Part shown: positions 62,320-64,000 of the stretch, piece by piece
Layout of the letters: each line of letters starts with the position of its first letter
How positions within the stretch are numbered: the stretch's first letter is position 1
Origin: Nanobdellota archaeon
Lineage (GTDB): Archaea > Nanobdellota > Nanobdellia > Pacearchaeales > GW2011-AR1
NCBI GenBank assembly: GCA_024654565.1
Contig: JANLHM010000005.1
Location: 9,239-73,238 of the forward strand
Reading direction: 5' to 3'
Length of the DNA: 64,000 nucleotides
Translations under genes and position numbers: made by a program
Notes under the pieces: model-generated
Told to the model about the DNA's origin: nothing
The model's input: only the letters and a program-made list of their open reading frames with translations
Database searches by the model: none

Positions 62320-64000
62320 GATGGACCTTAGCTCCCTTGAAAAAGAGTTTGAGACACCACCACTGGGCAGGTCTCACCACGTATACAAGTCCTTTCGGAT
62401 TAGCACGTGGCTACGTTTTTGGTAAACAGTCGGGCCGTCCTTGTTACTTAGATCTACTAATGCGATTTACATTTCTGAAAACACAAAAATAGACATCCCT
62501 TCAGCCGAAGCTACAGGACTAACTTGCCGAATTCCCTTGATTAGTTTTATCCTACACGTCTTGGCCTTCTAAGCCAGAGCACCAGTGTCGGTTGTGGGTA
62601 CAGTTAATCAGTCCAAGAATATATTTTTTTCACTGGCTCCTGGAATCAGCGACGAATCCAAAAATTCTTTGCAGTCTTAGGATTACCCTCGTGCAATTTC
62701 TTTTTAAAATGCTCTCTCGAGCACTCGCTTATCCGGAAGCTAATATATTATGTAAGAACTAATTAGTACAGGAATATTAACCTGTCATCCATCGTCGTAT
62801 TCAGTTAAGGTACGACTTAGGTCCTGACTAACCCTTGGCTAACGTATATTGCCAAGGAAACCTTGCTCTTTCGACGTTTTCTATTCTCAAGAAAATCACA
62901 TCTTACTATTACCAGGATTCTCATTCGTTCCCGCTCCAACCTTTCTCTCGAAAAATCTTCTACGCAGAAACGACGCCTACTTACCAGAACACTCGTTCTC
63001 GAGTGCCTCCAAAGTATCGGTATCATGCTTAGCCCCGTCCATTTTCAGGGCTCTGAACCTCAATGGGTGAGCTGTTACGCTTTCTTTAAATGATAGCTGC
63101 TTCTGAGCTTACATCCCCGGTGTCTCAGGTTCAAAACACCTTTTGATACACTTAGCATGAATTTTGGGACCTTAACTTTGGTCTCCATTGTTTTGGTCTT
63201 GCGAATGTATCTTACATACACACGCTGTTTCTCAACTTACACAGTTAACAGATTCTGAGTTGGAAAAAATTCCGTAAGCATTAGCCCCTGCAAATTTTAT
63301 CCGTACTATACGCCGTTAACAAATTAGGTGAGACTATACGAAGGCATATTTCAGTAGGAACCAGCCATTGCCAGATTAGATAGGCTTTTCACCCCTATAC
63401 ACAAGTCATTCGAGTACATGTCCATAACACCGGTTCGGCCCTCCATCCTCCTTTCGGAAGACTTCAGCCTGCTCATATATAGATCATCTGGCTTCAGGTC
63501 TTACCCCTGTGACTTAAACGCATTTTCATACTTGCTTTCGCTTTGGTTACGGAATATAAATTCCTTAGCCTCGCCACAAAGGCAAACTCCCTGGCCCGTT
63601 TTTCAAAACGTACGCTGCAACCCTTTGTCTTACGACGTAAGAGCAGCAGCCAACTGTAACTGTCAGATTTCAAGTCTTTTAACTCTCTGTTAAGAGTACT
63701 TTTCAGCTTTCCCTCGCGGTACTAGTGCACTATCGGACTTTGGTTATATTTAGGGTTAGCACTTAATCGTGCTATATTCAGACGCCTAATTCAAGACGCC
63801 CTACTCATTTGAAGAACTTCATATTGTTTTCTTCTACGGGACTCTCACCCTCTAAGGTCTCACGTTCCAGTAAGTTTGAATCAACAACTTAGAAATTTAC
63901 CTTCACCACATCTCTATCCACTTTTCAATGGAAGATTCAGTTTGCCCTCTACCCTTTTCGCTCTCTGCTAATAAGAGTATCACTTTTGTTTTCTTTTCCT

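Overview
AT-rich (about 30% GC by eye), gene-dense archaeal chromosome fragment. It is probably from a small-genome DPANN-type archaeon. That placement is inferred from several observations:
- Archaeal-only informational genes: L44e, S3Ae, L37Ae, L40e, RpoP, Spt5, aIF5A, PCNA, a GINS subunit and SRP54/FtsY.
- A PriS primase carrying a PriL-CTD-like tail.
- FtsZ plus SepF for division.
- Many orphan giant or Cys-rich surface proteins.
- An intron-bearing 23S rRNA.

No similarity search could be run. All family calls rest on motifs I recognise in the translated ORFs.

**Housekeeping blocks**
- 7.9-16 kb: r-proteins, tRNA-Thr, thioredoxin, GINS, FtsY, SRP54, VKOR.
- 21.5-26.9 kb: primase, PCNA, Fic, M16 peptidase.
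- 47-60.5 kb: Dph2, SepF, prefoldin, RpoP, L37Ae, tRNA-Pro, L11, Spt5, SecE, FtsZ, FKBP, aIF5A, L40e, M50 protease, Taw1 and others.
- 60.6-64 kb: partial 23S rRNA on the minus strand.

**Accessory blocks**
- 1-7 kb and 27-31.9 kb: two paralogous loci. Each pairs a pilin-like (class III signal peptide) head gene with giant Cys-rich secreted proteins.
- 17-21.5 kb: three C-terminally anchored surface proteins. One has five 6-Cys modules and a proline-rich cytoplasmic tail.
- 32.5-35.7 kb: four more pilin-like genes.
- 35.7-42.9 kb: a toxin-antitoxin-rich island wrapped around the putative S-layer gene.
- 42.9-46.6 kb: anchored surface proteins next to a small archaeosortase-like gene.

**Most notable observations**
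- The duplicated pilin-like plus giant adhesin module, with no assembly ATPase in the window.
- A group I-type intron with a LAGLIDADG ORF at about E. coli position 1931 of the 23S rRNA.
- Unusual but covarying substitutions in the peptidyl-transferase core of that rRNA.
- A Fe-S-less PriS-PriL fusion.
- Several helically phased tandem-repeat arrays in promoters.
- A duplicated tRNA-Thr 3' end.

No CRISPR array, transposase, integrase or reverse transcriptase was seen.
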